Below, piece by piece: positions 37,786 through 52,369 of a stretch of DNA of 64,000 nt. The notes under the pieces were generated by a model. It searched no databases. It was not told the origin of the DNA and was given only the letters and a program-made list of their open reading frames with translations. Numbering within the stretch: position 1 is the stretch's first letter; each line of letters begins with the position of its first letter. The stretch comes from Camelus dromedarius. Its lineage: Eukaryota. The position numbers and the translations under genes were made by a program. The stretch covers positions 60,080,001-60,144,000 of the forward strand of contig NC_087436.1 in assembly GCF_036321535.1 (NCBI RefSeq), in the 5' to 3' direction.

Positions 37786-39369
37786 CTGAGAAAAGTTAAA
37801 ACAAAGAGAAAAAGTTAATAGAATTCAATGATAAATAAGACATTTTAAAACAAAATACTGGTTTTTCATTTATGACAGAATTTTGTTACACTAAAAAAAT
37901 ATAAATAGTAAAATTCTGATACTTAAGGAATAAACAGAATTTCTAAGTAGCAAAATATCCAATAGTTTGTATAGAACAAACTTATAATGGTGCAAAAACT
38001 TTAAGATGATCAAGAATAAAGTCTATTTAAGAGTGTTATATTGGGAGACATGAGATTATTACTCAAGACCCAGTCTTACTACTTACACTGGCTCTACAAT
38101 TTGGTAAATTATTTAATCTTAACGTTTTATGTTTCTTTATTTAGATTTAGTAGGTATGTGACAGCCATGATCATTGCCCTCTGGGTAAAATGTCCCACCA
38201 CTGCCTCTGTTAGCCAGCACCAGATGTACCAAGGGACTCAACAAGTTACTGACCTGAGCTTAACAGAATCATAGACCAGACTAAGCAATGACCTGACCCG
38301 ACAAGCTCCACTCAAAGAAAAAACCACTGGGACAGATTCTTCCCTTTGGTGTTTGATTTAGGAAGTTTAGAGATAATCAGGCCATTGTCAGGGGAAAGTA
38401 AACCATATCATAAAGGATCTAAGGTAGAGCTATAAACAAGGCAATAAAGTTATAAGGAAACCACAGCTATAAGCTGGAGAAAAGACAGACAAAAGCTAAT
38501 TCAGCTGGTAATGCTGAGACAAGTGAGAATACATACAGTGAGAAACAGAAGCACAGAAAAATTATGAACCATATTAATGTCAGGGTACTAATGATGAAGA
38601 CAAAGGAGGAGGAGAAGGCAGCAGCTATAGTCCATTAACTGTGATGTACCAAGTACTTTAAACAGATTATCTCTTTTAATGCTTACAACTATAGAGGTAG
38701 ACAATAGTACTATGGACATTCTACAGCAGAAAGGTAAATTGTCTATGTCACTCAGCTAATAAGTGGTAAAGCAGGAATGAGAAACTAAGCCTTCCCTAAC
38801 CGCAGGGTCAGCTTATAATCAGCATGGTATATATTGTTTTCAGTAGGGTGAAGAGCCAAGAGTTTATGCTGCTGGAGGCAAAGGTATGTTTCCACCTCAG
38901 GAATTCCTAGTTGTATGGTCAATCTTTATATTCTGGTGACTGCTATTTCTCACTGGTTCTCCTAATGTGACATGATTTGAGTCCTATTTTGTTTTGTTTT
39001 GCTTTGTTTCTAAATTTTACTTAATTTCTGACCTATAGTATACACACCCTTTTGGTCAGCTTGAATCATACTGTTTCATTCTACTGTTTTTTGCAACCAA
39101 AACTAACAATAACACATACAACATAAAATGACAAGCCCTCTATTTTATCATCCTTACAGATATATTATGAGGCTGATCAAGTGAAAAACTTTCATGTCCT
39201 TGAAGTATATGACAAAAATGGAAAATATTTTCTCCTTCAGATATGCATTCTTCAATATTTGATATGTTGTTCCAAATCATATAAAATCAAACACATTTGC
39301 ATTACATGATTTTTACTAGATGATCTTTAATTGCACTCACTAAATTTGAATTTAAATCAAACTACATGT

Positions 39370-39639
39370 GAAAAGGAGTCAGAAGGGATAAACTGGGAGT
39401 TCGAGATTTGCAGATACCAACTACTATATATAAAAAGATAAAAACCAAATTTCTTCTGTATAGCACAGGGAACTATATTCAGTATCTTGTAGTAACCTTT
39501 AATGAAAAACAATATGAAAATGAATATATGAATGTATATATATATGACAAACATTATGCTGTACACCAAAAATTGACACATTGTAACTGACTATACTTCA
39601 ATTAAAAAAAGTTTTAAAAAATCTAAAATTAAAAAAAAA
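39370..39639 (+). mobile_element. Short, young-looking L1 3'UTR fragment with TSD
   Basis: gggataaactgggagttcgagatttgcagatac...gactatacttcaatt plus A tail; TSD aaactacatgt at 39359-39369 and 39640-39650. Confidence 0.9.
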
Positions 39640-42600
39640 AAACTACATGTAGACAACTTCTAAATCATTTAAGTATTCTTGTAGGGCTTTGGCTAAAGAA
39701 AGCTCAAAATATAAACGAAGACATTTTAGCTCTTGAAATCTTTCACAAATTAAAACTATCTCATTTTCCTACAAGCTTAGATGTTCTGAAATGGATATAA
39801 AAAATACAATTTTTTCACAATTTCACTCTTAATAATGCTTTAATTAACATCATTCTCAGCTGTGATTTTTCACTTACATGCAAGATTTATTTCAATGCCC
39901 AGTGAATAATTTTGCTGTAATTAAAGCATTACCAATCATTATGATTTGCAGCTGGTGTTGAACCTATGGCCTTCAATGTATTAATGTCAAGATATTTACC
40001 ATTAATGTCAAGGTATTTATTATTATTCAGAATTTATGCATATTGAAATATTTCTTGACCTCTTTTCTAGAATTTCTTGCATTTGTATTAGCATTTAAAA
40101 ATAAAAAGTGAATAAATCTCTTATCTCTTAGGCAAGTATTCAAAGGGTTTAACTAATGAAAAAAGTTCAGAAAAAAGAATTACAATAAAAACATCTCTTC
40201 CTGAATACTTAATAAAAACAACCAGACTTCCACTGGGTATAAATAATACATTTGAGCTACTATATATATATATATATATCTGTCCTAATTTCTTTAAGTA
40301 AAAACATCATGGATATACAGAAATATTTACACACTAAATGGGATGACATGGAGTAGATATAAAATCTATTAAAGATAAAAACCTTTTTATGATTCATTTT
40401 ATTTGCTAATAGTCTTTTAAATGAAGTTCTTTATTACAAATAAATGAGAGAAAGATAAAATATCTAGAGGTTGGAATTACCCATTTTCTTTTAAAGACTG
40501 GATGCTATCTACATCTCCAGATTCATTATTCCCCTTCTCATATTTCATTCTCTAATTCAGTGATTACTATTTGTCATTTCCTGCTCACCTTCACCATCAA
40601 GGCATTAGCAGATGTGGGTCTGTGTTCATGGAACACCTTTCCTGTAACTCTGATGTGGTAAAATTCCTATTTCTACAACATGGTCCCTTCTAGAATGGCA
40701 TCTCTGACCCTCTTCCCACTCTCTTCCATTTTGGATTTAGTACTCCTCCTTTATGTATCCTCAAGTATTACCTTACATGGTAAATATCTACTTATTTATC
40801 TGACTTTGCTATTTTACCATAAGTTTCTTAATCGCTAAAGCCATTTCTGCTTTGCTTTGAGACCCCAGTGCCTAACACACAATCAGTACCTATAGAGTAA
40901 ATGGATTCCATCAAATGAAGTTTTAACTTGAATACATCCATATTTCAAACATAAGTAAACATATCTTTCCTCACTACCATAAATGAATGCTATAAGTTTG
41001 AGGTTAAGTATGCTGAATTACAAGTTTCAGAGTCGTAAGTTAACTGAAAGCCTTTCAAACTGGAAAATCACTCAATAATCTAAAATTTCTAACATTTGAA
41101 AACAATGTTAACAAGTTGAATAACAATATCATCACATCAACTTCAACTTATTCACTAAAAACAAATACATTACAAGTTAATTTTATTTTTATTAAAATTT
41201 TATTATGATTGTAATTCCTTTCACTCCTTAGCAAATCTTGTATACATTTTCACATATTTTTATAAATTTCCAAATCAGATAAAACATATTTTCTCAATTA
41301 TCATCTAATGTTTCTTGGTTCAGAAGTCATAGTCACTTTAACCACAACAGGTCCTGAAAATATACAGGTTGAACTAGACCTGCCCACTGTACAGGGATCT
41401 TTATTACCATAAACATTTTATTTGGAAAAAAAATTATTTATGTAAGAAGAATGTCTTCTAAATTTACTTCTAATGCTTTCTAAATAAACAAAAGTTACAC
41501 TGACTTGTAGGTAATACCACCTCCACAGAAGCAGACTAACCCTATTAAAAGTGGTGTGAAACTCAGTTTGATCTCAACTGAAGAAATAGTATCCTTTGCT
41601 CTCTAGCACCAAGATTTAACAAAAGGCTCCAAGGGAGTACTTTATTCAGTCATCTCTACAACCTTAGCAAACACTGTCATTACCCTTAATAGAATGCAAC
41701 TTTATATGGTAGATCTATTCTGAATAAAATTAGAGCCGAATTTCTTATTTGGCATGGTTGAAAAAGATATGGATTCTAGTTAAAGGGGTTATAAGGATCA
41801 TTAATGTTACCTATAGAGTAAAAGTAAAACGCATTAAAGAAGGAAGAAATACTGGGGGGAAAAATCACACTTTCTGATGTAATTTCAAAGGCATAAATCG
41901 AAGACATAAAATAACCTTGCAGGATTTCACAGCTACCATCTTGAAAACTGATTACCATATACACAAATAGGTACATATATCTGTGCAGGCAAAAGAAACA
42001 AAACAAAATCCCCTTTATCTTTTTCTTTCTTGTTATTTTTCAAGTATTTCTTAGAATTTGAATAGCCCTCATACTTCTTCACAATGAACCAAAGATGATG
42101 AAGAGTCACCGATGTCTCACATTTGACTTAGTACTAAGTATCCTTTGTTTTTCTGCCTCCCAAAACTGGTGGTGTTTTACTGCAAGAACAAAACTAACAA
42201 ACAAAAATACCTCTTACACAGACATGCAATCAGTATAAAATTATTTTGGTTTCAAATCCAAATTCTGCCACTTACTAGTACCTTAAACTAGAACATAGAT
42301 AATAATTATTTGACAGATTTTAAGAATGGAAGGAACAACAGCAGAAAGAAACTTTACACTATGCCTGGTATAGAGCAAATCTCCACTGTCCTCTTTTTCG
42401 AATGAAATGCATTCAAGCAAGTGGTGCTTCATGGTACAACACACTGAGTGATTATGAAAATGAGCCACTTATCAAAGTCAGCCCCAATCAATCTATTTTT
42501 TAAAAATCACCTAAAAATTCTGGGGAGGGGGTATATAAATTTAGATCTGTATTCTAACCCCTTATGATAAACCTCCCTAAAATATACATTTTTTATTGAA

Positions 42601-43047
42601 ATTTAAAAACAATGACCAATATTTGAACTGCTTGTCGGTAATGTTGCATAAATTAAAACTGGTCCCAGCTCTATTCTTTTTCAGAAAAGGTATAAAAAAA
42701 ATAATGTTAGAGCCTAAATGATCACATTAAAAAGAAAATCAATGATACGTGGTGAAAATGGAAGAAGGAAAATTCACAGAAACCAAATATTCTCTAGGTA
42801 ACAATTTTCATTAAGAAAGTGATGGCAGAAAATAAATCACATGTAAACATATCAAAAGACATTGATCAATTTTTACCAAAATTAAATAAATAGCTTGAAG
42901 AAGTTTCCAAGTCAGTCTCATCTAATTATGTAATTTAGATGCAGATTTAAACGAGGCTCATACCTGACAGGTGTCAGGCTTAGCTGAAAAGCACTCCAGT
43001 TCAGATTCTGTTTTACAAAGGTCATGAAATTTGTATCTCAATGTTCC

Positions 43048-43243
43048 TTTTTTTATTGAAGTATAGTTGATTTACAATGTTGTGTTAGTTTCAGGTGTAT
43101 AGCCATGTAATGCAGCTTTTTTTCAGATTATTTTCCACTATAGGTTATTAAAAGGTATTGAATATATTGTTTCCTGTGTTATATAGTAAATCCTTGTTAT
43201 CTATGTTATATGTAGTAGTATGTATCTATTAATTCCATAGTCT
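43048..43243 (-). mobile_element. L1 3' end fragment
   Basis: ttttttattgaagtatagttgatttacaatgttgtgttagtttcaggtgta. Confidence 0.88.
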
Positions 43244-44149
43244 TATTAATAAACTTTACCTCGTGTAATTTATCTTTAAATGTATTTCCAAAATGTTTCA
43301 TTGTTTTCTTTTAAATGAATAGGGAATAAATGGAGGCTTTTTTAATAGATAAATCACTCACATACATGGACAAGGGCCACTTCTGTCAGGAGGGTCAATG
43401 AGGAGAATATGAGATACATTAAAAGGATGACTGATCAGGACCAAGTGGGTTATTGATTGATTACAGGGAAGAGGATGAGATTGTTAGCAGAAGGTAGGAA
43501 GAGTCAGAAATCATAAAGCTGACTGGATATATTTAGTTAGCAATTTACTAAATTTGCATATAATTTAGCCACATTGAGTGCACTGTTATTTTCAACAAAT
43601 AAGCAAGAACATAATCCAAACAATAACTGCTTATATCAGAAATGTTTGCTTATATCAAACTGATTTGACCCTAACAATGGTATTAAGCAGAGACAGACTG
43701 TCCCTAATTGGATCTATACAAATCAATCTTCCAGGTAAAAAGAGAAAGAGAGTGGGTGGTGCTAAATTAGCATGATAATGGATACTGTTACAATAGGGAA
43801 TGAGAATACATGTCAAAGGATTATTCTAGCAGGATTTGGGGAAGCAGATGAGTCTTTTTTGTCTGAAATAACAGAAGGACAGGAATCTTGATACTATTTA
43901 GAAAGACATGTAATCTTGAGAGCAAGCCAGATAAAATCTTAGTTCTTTAGTGGCCAGAAGAGACAACAGTGGGAGAAGGGAAATACAGAAAGAATGGATT
44001 TTGGCCAGAGATCAGACAGAAGTTAGTAGTGAAAGAATAAAGAAGTCTAAAAGTTGTATCTACATGTGACTCAGCCTTAAGTAAATAAGAAGACTACGTT
44101 TATATTCAAAGAACATTATAGTTTATGTTCTGGTATTTATACACAATGA

Positions 44150-44390
44150 ATGCATTATTGTTAAGAAAGTAGATTCTCATGCAAAAATATCTGGATTTGA
44201 ATTCAGCACTACACATAAGAGTTGTGTGGCTTTAGAGTGGCTTAAAAAGTTATTTAAACACCCTGAGCCTTCATAAGGATAACAGTTGCACCTGTCTTAA
44301 AGGTTTTGTGATAACCAAACAAGTAAAAGCAAAATAGCACTTAGAACAGGGTCTAGGACATTATAAATGCTTAATAACTATAAATTATCA
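44150..44390 (+). mobile_element. MIR SINE
   Basis: ctggatttgaattcagc...gcacttagaacagggtctaggaca. Confidence 0.65.
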
Positions 44391-44606
44391 AGAAATATTA
44401 GACATGTTTGTACTATTTCACAACTAAGTATATTTTAATTTAGCTTATAACCTTCCAAAGCTCTCTCAGCTGGAAGTTCTAATTCTGTCTACTAGTAGAC
44501 AAATACTGTCATTTCCAGAGTCAGTCCTGAATACGACAGAAAGGAAGGTTAGAGGTCACAGTACCCAAACGTCAATGGGCTTGGGGCCAAGTACCACTAC
44601 AACACA

Positions 44607-44654
44607 TGTGTGTGTGTGTGTATGTGTACATATATATATGTATGTATATATATA
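44607..44654. repeat. (TG)n/(TA)n microsatellite
   Basis: Read directly from the sequence. Confidence 0.9.
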
Positions 44655-45164
44655 AAAATCTCAATATCAAACATTACAAACATTTAATAACTTGTCTCTT
44701 ACAAATTATTTCATTCAACCATGGCTTGCTTTTGACCCAAAATATTATTTATCATATTGATCTCCTTCCTATGTTCAGTTTATATTTTTGTTAAGTAAAT
44801 ATTAAATTCAATTATTCAGTATTTTTTTCACTTCCAACAAAATAATCCGAACTTAAAGAAGCAAATAACTGACACTATTATGAATATTCAAAGACAGTCT
44901 CAGACCCTCAACATGACTCCCAAAAGTTGAATTTCATAAATTTGGTGAGCAATACTAATGTCAATACAACAAATATACACCTTTAAAGAGGCTAGCACAC
45001 ATCTGAAAATATGTTTGTTAATAAAGTATAATTATTTTATTATATAAAAATAATATTAATAACAATTATACTATTCTTTATAATCACATCTTACACGGAG
45101 AATTTGGTTTAGTCTTAAAATATTATTCTGCAAAAAATTTCCTCACAATATTCTAGCTTAGCTT

Positions 45165-45405
45165 TCTTAGAAACACAGCCTGAGCAACAGATTCTTGTTC
45201 AAGCAATTTATTAAAGAATTACTCTTGGGAGAAGGTGAGGAAAGAAGGCATGACAGGGCAGGGGGAAAAGCTAACCAAGGATGTGTTGCAAATGGAACTT
45301 GCTTCAAGTGAATCCCATGGGATCTGGAGCACTTACTGATACCTTGGGACAGCTGGCTGATCTTTTGTATCCCCATGTCAGTCAACCAACTGTAGACTTC
45401 TCTAA
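45165..45405 (-). mobile_element. ERVL LTR fragment, LTR16-like
   Basis: agaaacacagcctgagcaacagattctt...aatttattaaag (antisense LTR 3' end); gatctggagc. Confidence 0.55.
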
Positions 45406-45409
45406 GGAA

Positions 45410-46750
45410 TGGGAAAAAAATTTGAAAAGTATAAAATAGACAAAGGATTGATATCTGGAATATATAAAGTATTCTTATAAATCAATAAAAAAAAGACAAT
45501 CCAAATAGAAAAATAAATGAGCAAAGAATATCATTATACAAATCCCAGAAGAAATACAAATTACCAATAAATATATAAAAAGAAATTCAAACCCAGCAGT
45601 AATTAGGGAACATAGAAAGGACTATGTGATATCATTTATATGCAGAATCTAAAACAATAAAATAAACTAGTGAATACAACAAAAAAGAAACAGACTCAGA
45701 GATATAGAGAACAAACTAGTGGTTAGCAGTGGGGAGAGGGAAGAAGGGAGAGGCAAGATACAAGTAAGGTATTAAAAGGTACAAACTACTATGTATAAAG
45801 TAAATAAGCTACAAGGATGTATAATTCAGAGGAAATAGCCAATATTTTATAATAACTACAAATGGAATATAATCTTTAAAAGTTGTGAATCACTATGTTG
45901 TACACCTGAAACTTACATAATATTGTACATCAGCTACACCTCAATTTAAAAAAAAAAAAAGAGCTCCTATAAGCCAATAAGAAACAGACAACACACTGGA
46001 AAAAAGATAGCAAAGAACACAAACAGGAATTTCATGGAAAAGGAAACACAAATCACTAGTCAACATATAACAGATATTCAACTCCATCATTAATCAAGAA
46101 AACCACAGATATTATATTTCACCCATAAAATTTTAAAACTAAATAATATCAAGTTTGGATGAAAGTAGTGGTACTTATAGACACTTAACAAAAGAGTCCA
46201 AATTGTTAGGATCATTGTAGAAAATAATGTATTAAAATATCAAATTAAATAATTTCACTTCTCAACATTTACCCTAGAATAATACACATCTGCACAAAGA
46301 AACACACATAGAGATATTCAAGGATGGTTTATAACAGTTAAAAATAATTTAAATTTCCATTAATAGGAGACTCTAAAAAATAAAATATGGTATATCTATT
46401 CTACAGCATTTAATATATAAGAGCTAACCACATAAAGTAAAAGATATGAACTGACAGAAAAACTTAAGGTATTAATAAAAGTAAATAGCTAAAAGATATG
46501 CTAGATACATTTTTATGTAAATTACAATGTATTATGAAATTTTAAAGATAATACTCTACAAAATCACACGTGTGCACATGCATAGGAAAAAATCTAGAAG
46601 GATATACTTCAAAGTGTGAAAAGGAATTATCCTTGAAAAAATCCTTTTGACTGGGTGTTGGCATCAATGGAGACATTAATGTATGTAATATGAGCTTTTA
46701 ACAATGGAAATGAATTCATGTGTTACTTTTACAATTAAAACTTTAAAAAT
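45410..46750 (+). mobile_element. L1 cluster: old L1M fragments with a younger L1 3' end at ~45610-45960
   Basis: Younger end ...gttgtacacctgaaacttacataatattgtacatcagctacacctcaatt(A)n, flanked by degraded ORF2-like sequence. Confidence 0.75.
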
Positions 46751-47606
46751 TCAAATATAGTATAAAAATATGGCCTATCAAAATTACATAATGCTGAAGA
46801 ATAGAGGCGTTGTAAATGTTTTAAAAGTAACCTGAAGGGTACACAAAAATCAATGACAGTAGCTGCCTCTGAAAGATAATGAGTACATAGGAAAACGTTT
46901 TTTGTAAAAATAATTTGACCAAATATGACAAGATACAAAAATAAACCGAGTGTTTTTTAATAATCGAATCTTTTATATTTTAACGTAAAATATTTAAATA
47001 AATAAGACCTATGGAAGTGCTAAGAATCCTAAATTTATATGAACACTTTGTATTTTTAATGAACCTACATTTTTAACACAAAACTCGTATTTTATGTCAC
47101 TGTCAGTCCAAAACAAATGTTTATAAACTGACAATTACTTTTCTAAAAGCTCAAATTCTATTTAGTTTTGCTATTGAAAACTATTTCCATCTTAAAAAAA
47201 AAACTCGTTATTCCTTTGTCATATGATAATTTATCTGGATATTGTCAGTGATAGTTCAGACACAAATTATGTGTTCCTGGCTTTTCACAATCTTTTTAGT
47301 GTCTTAATATTTCAACAACACAAACATTAAACCACCACATATTATGTAGTTGGCTAATAAATTTAAGTTATATCATGATTTGGAAGCATGTGGTATTAAG
47401 ACTTTTTCTCATTAATGATAAATTGATGCCATTATATAATTCTTTCCAAGGCTAGTAAACTAACCAAACAAGTCAGTTTATATTTCCTCAGTTCAAATAC
47501 ATGCTACTTTTAGACATTTATAATGGTTTATTTGTTTACTAAATATTAAAATCACTGGATTTCCTTTTTTTAAACTAAAAATGTAAATAACCAAGTTTAT
47601 AATAAC

Positions 47607-47640
47607 CTGCAGTTACATGTATATGCCAGCAGAGGGTGGA
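47607..47640 (+). promoter_or_regulatory. Putative CTCF site with upstream motif
   Basis: cTGCAG-N13-CCAGCAGAGGGTGG. Confidence 0.6.
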
Positions 47641-48800
47641 GAAGATCTTCCTTTTAAAAGTAGTCTTTTTTTTTTTTTTTTGTACCTGTCTTTTTTTAAG
47701 TGTTTTTGAATTCAATATATAATTGTCACATTTATCAATGACATTGTTTTACAATATATCTATGGATATAATTTCTCTTGGACTGTTTCTTAATTCATAA
47801 AATTAGAGAGCTGAATAGATGAATTCTATGAGGCCCTCTAATTTTTTAAAAATACCTGTATGCAATCTGTGAAGTGTAGGATACATACACACACATCTGC
47901 TAATAAAATGTCATTCTGAGTATCATTTTTTTCTAGTTTAAAGTCAATGACAGTAGATTTATTACTGTCCCATAGATAGGAAGATAAAAACAATGTCCCA
48001 CAGATTATTGCCACAGACATAGTGTAGTGTATTTTACAAAAAACAAGAGAGAGAAAAAGAGAGCAAAAGCACATCTGGGAACACAGTCTATTGGTTATAT
48101 GATAAAATAAGAAATACGACAGCAAATTTGTTTCTTCTACTTTTATCATATTTATTTCTGTAAGCCCTGAATCTGACCAAGTCATATCTTTTTTCTTTTA
48201 TTATTTAAAATTAAGGGCTCTGTAATTCATGAATTAGAATAAGGATATAGCTTTTGGAATCTAGGGGGGGAAAGGGCATGGCTGATATTTTACACATTTT
48301 AGTAATAAAATCCTCTGATATAATATAGTATCAGATTGAAATTATTTCAGATTATGTTGAGATAAATTTTAAATTGGTAGAAAAACCGAATATTAAAACA
48401 ATTAATGGATTTACTCTAGATCCATAAAACACACTGAGATTTTATTAAATATATTAAGGTACATTTTGTTACCTAAATTGCTTTAAGTTAAAATTTTATT
48501 TATTTTCAGGAGGAGTTATATAACATATTATAATAAAGGGGACATAATAAATTCAGTCCATTTCTTTCTTTAAAAAATAACCTTAAACTTTGCTATTAAA
48601 TTTACTTAATTGTCTTCTTGTGAGGCTATGGCCCTGCATCAAAGACCACTACAAGGAATGACTGACTGGTACTGAAGTTATACTGAAACATGTACTGTCA
48701 ATTTGATAGACTAATTAATAAAAAAGAACCCGGGAGAGAAGGACCTATGCTTATGCCAAATGGGTTCCATTCCAGCTGCAGTACTTCGTAGCAAGTGTGA

Positions 48801-48832
48801 TGCACTGACTTGAGTTGCCACTAGATGGAGAT
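48801..48832 (+). promoter_or_regulatory. Putative CTCF site with an upstream-like motif
   Basis: TGCAC-N12-CCACTAGATGGAG; mismatch at the GGC position of the core. Confidence 0.45.
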
Positions 48833-49007
48833 TTTGCATCTTGGAATATTTAAGGAGTTCTGCCTCAGTGAATGACTACTGCACAGAATTCAACCCTTGG
48901 AAGGTGTACTTCTCTTTGAGGATAAAGAAACTGAAATCTAGCTTGGTTAAGTACCTCATTCCAAGACAAATAAATAGCTGTACTAACATTTATAGAGCTC
49001 AGAGTTC

Positions 49008-49756
49008 TTTTTAAAAAAATTTTTTTATTGAAGTATAGTCAGTTTACAATATGTCAATTCTGGTGTACAGCACAATGCTTCAGTCATACATGAACATACA
49101 TATATTCATTTTCATATACTTTTTCACCATAAGCTACTACTAAATATCAAATATAGTTCCCTGTGCTACACAGTGTATACTTGTCTACCTATTTTATATA
49201 TTCCAGTCAGTATCTGCAAATCTAGATTCCACATATGACTGGTTATCATATAGTATTTCTCTTTCTCCTTCTTGTTTACTTCACTTAGAATGACATTCTC
49301 CAAGGACATCCATGTTGTTGCAAAAGGCATTATTTCATTATTTTTTATGGTCAAGTAGTATTCCATTGTATAAATACACCACAACTGCTTTATCCAGTCA
49401 TCTGTTTATGGGCATTTAGATTGTTTCCATGCCTTAGCTATTGTAAATAATGCAGCTATGAACATTGGGATGCAAGTGTCTTTTTAAATTAAGGTTCCCT
49501 CCGGATATATGCCCAGGAGTGGGATTACTGGGTCATATGGTAAGTCCATTTTTAGTCTTTTGAGGAATCTCCATACTGTTTTCCACAATGGCTGCACCAA
49601 ACAACATTCTCACCAACAACGTAGGAGGGTTCCCTTTTCTCCACAGACTCTCCAGCATTTATTGTTTGTGGACTTTTGAATAATGGCCGTTCTGACTGGT
49701 GTGAGGTGATACCTCATTGTAGTTGATTTGCATTTCTCTGATAATTAGCAATACTG
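49008..49756 (-). mobile_element. 5'-truncated L1 with 13-nt TSD
   Basis: T-rich tail then ttattgaagtatagtcagtttacaat; ORF2 remnant [28 protein letters not shown] gagctcag(a/t)gttc at 48995-49007 and 49757-49769. Confidence 0.92.
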
Positions 49757-50884
49757 GAGCTCAGTGTTCCAGATAATGGAATTAACTAATCCAAATAAAA
49801 GTAGAGGCTCTGTCATTGCCAGAGACATGTCCTTATTTCAAACAAAGACTCTTGCTCTGTAAACATCTGATATATCCATATAATATTGTTACCATTTTTG
49901 TATAATTTTAAAATACAAATTATTTTTTAAGAAGCTATATTAACATAATTTTTTCTTATTTCCCTTATGTGGCCTTTTTTAAAACTGAGTTACAAATCAC
50001 TGGAAGAAGTGATTTTGTATTTAACGATTACATATGTTATTTCATATTATCCTCTTAATGACTTTGTTAGGTAACTATAATTATTCTTATGAGGTAAATA
50101 AACAAATTTGGGGTCTGAGAGGTAAAGCTGAGATTTGAATCATGTATTTCTGATGCTGAAGGCAAATTTTGAAATTACATCCTTCTGCCTAAATGCACAA
50201 AATAGAGTGACAACAATATGATATTAAATAACAATATTCTTAATGTTATTGCTGCCCTAAGAATGTATAACTGGGAGTGGCTTAATATTCCAAATTGGTA
50301 GTCCAATGACAGATCCATTGACAGGAAATCAAGAGGAGTTTCAAATGACTCTTCAGGTCACAAGGAATATGAATTCTGTAGAAAAAAAAGCACCCACTAG
50401 CAAAGAATGTGCAGAGTGCTGGGTTCAAAAACAAGAGTGTGAGAGGGAGGTGAGACAAAGAGAAATAATGTGTCATCCTACAGACTTCCCTTAGCTAACA
50501 GTTACAAGTCCAAGAGCGAATATTAAACAAGTGCATAAGCAGGATCGAAGAACATTTTGTGATTTGTAAGCAAATATTCCCAGAAGGAAGCAGGCACCCA
50601 AGATTTTAAAAAATGAAGAAAGAATATCGTACAACAAACAGAAGGTAATCCAGGAAACTGGAAGAACCACCTTTAGTGGGTTCTGCTTGCTTTGCTTGTG
50701 GAGAAACCACATAATGGCATTGGGATACCATGTAGTGTAGACAGCATACAGTACACATTATACATAAATAATAATATAATGGAATGATTACAGAATGAGG
50801 GTTACAGCTTTCTCAAAAAAAATTTTTTTTTTTAGTTTTTTTCTCAACATCTTAATACCTCATTTTGGCTTTGTTCTGTATAAT

Positions 50885-51120
50885 ATATAGGTTAAATTTC
50901 TGAATTCACATTTTCTGGGTTTGGATTCTGGCCTCTACACTCCTTAATTTTAGATAAACTACTTAATCTCCCTCTTTGCCTCAAGGTCACTATGTGTGAA
51001 ATAAACAGCACCTACTGTAACAGAAGTAACTATTATGAGGATTAAAGGAGCTAATGTGTGTTAAGGCCTTAGACCTGTGCCCAACACACAGGAAGCACAC
51101 AATAAACGTTAGCTGTTTTT
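50885..51120 (+). mobile_element. MIR SINE
   Basis: ctgggtttggattctggcctctacac...tatgaggattaaaggagctaatgtgtg...caataaacgttagct. Confidence 0.75.
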
Positions 51121-52369
51121 ATTCCTACAAAATTACCTAAAATGAATCCAAATTTTCCACTTCCAGATTTTGAAATAAAAACCTATCCATCTCAAGAATT
51201 TGATGCTTTGAATGGGAAAATCTATTGGAGCAACACCCTTTCCAGGATTTTCTCTGAATAAGGCTTCTTTGCTTCTATGTGAGCTACAAGTTAAGACAGT
51301 GTAACTGGATAAGTGTGTATCTGAGTAGAGTGGGATAACACTCCTCCACAAATCCTTAGGGAAAAGAACTGCACCGCTAGTCTGGAAATGAGGAAAGACA
51401 GACATAATAAACCTGAATATTCTATATGAAAGGCAAGCTCTCTTTTTACTTTTCTTCTATTTAAGTGTATTTTATGCTGAGATTATTTTGAAGAATTTTA
51501 TGTTGTTCACATTATCTCACACAATAATTTCAAACTTGTTTTACTAAACTGAAAATCTATATAATCCTTAGCATACTTTACAAGTTAACCATTAACAATT
51601 TTTCCATTAACTTAAATATGGCAGAGGATATATTTTTCTGGCAGGCTATATACTCTGTATGTGCTTCAAATATATTTTCATTAATATTGTCAAGCAGCAT
51701 ATTTAGTTCATTTGGTTTAAGGAAAAGATATGTAAATGTATTTCATTATAATCTAATTGCAGAAAGCAGTCTTCATAGTCAAACCAACCAGCCAATGAAG
51801 ATTCTTCTTCAGAAGAATAGATTTAAATCATGAAACAGACCTGTTAATACTCCAAGACAATATTCTCACTTACTCATATAAGGAATCTAATAGAAAAAGG
51901 AGGAGGGAGGGTGGAGGGAGGAAGGAGGAGAATGATTCAGAATACTGCCTCCATGTAAATCACACACCGACCTCTCCAGCATTTCTTCAGGAAGTGCTCA
52001 TGGGACTCCATGAGGAATTAAACATTTGATTTCCTGGAGACTTTTAGGGACTGGGCAATGCATCCTAGAAAGATTCAGAAGAGGGGAGAAGTTTGCCCTT
52101 TTTTTTTTCTTTTTTGTAAAATGGGAGACTGAAGGGAAAAGTGAAGAAGATGAACTGGTGAATCTCAGAAGCTTCTCAAGCAACGAAATTGTGTGGAAAA
52201 ATCACAATTGGACATTGAGGATTGTGAAATTAATTCTCTTAAAGGTATGTGTGTCTATGTCTGCCAAGAGGAGTTTCTGTGGGTTATTATACCACAGTCT
52301 GAATATCACTGCTGTAGCTTACACAAAGTGCTTAGTGGATTGTCTCCCTCAAATAATTAAAAAATGGCA

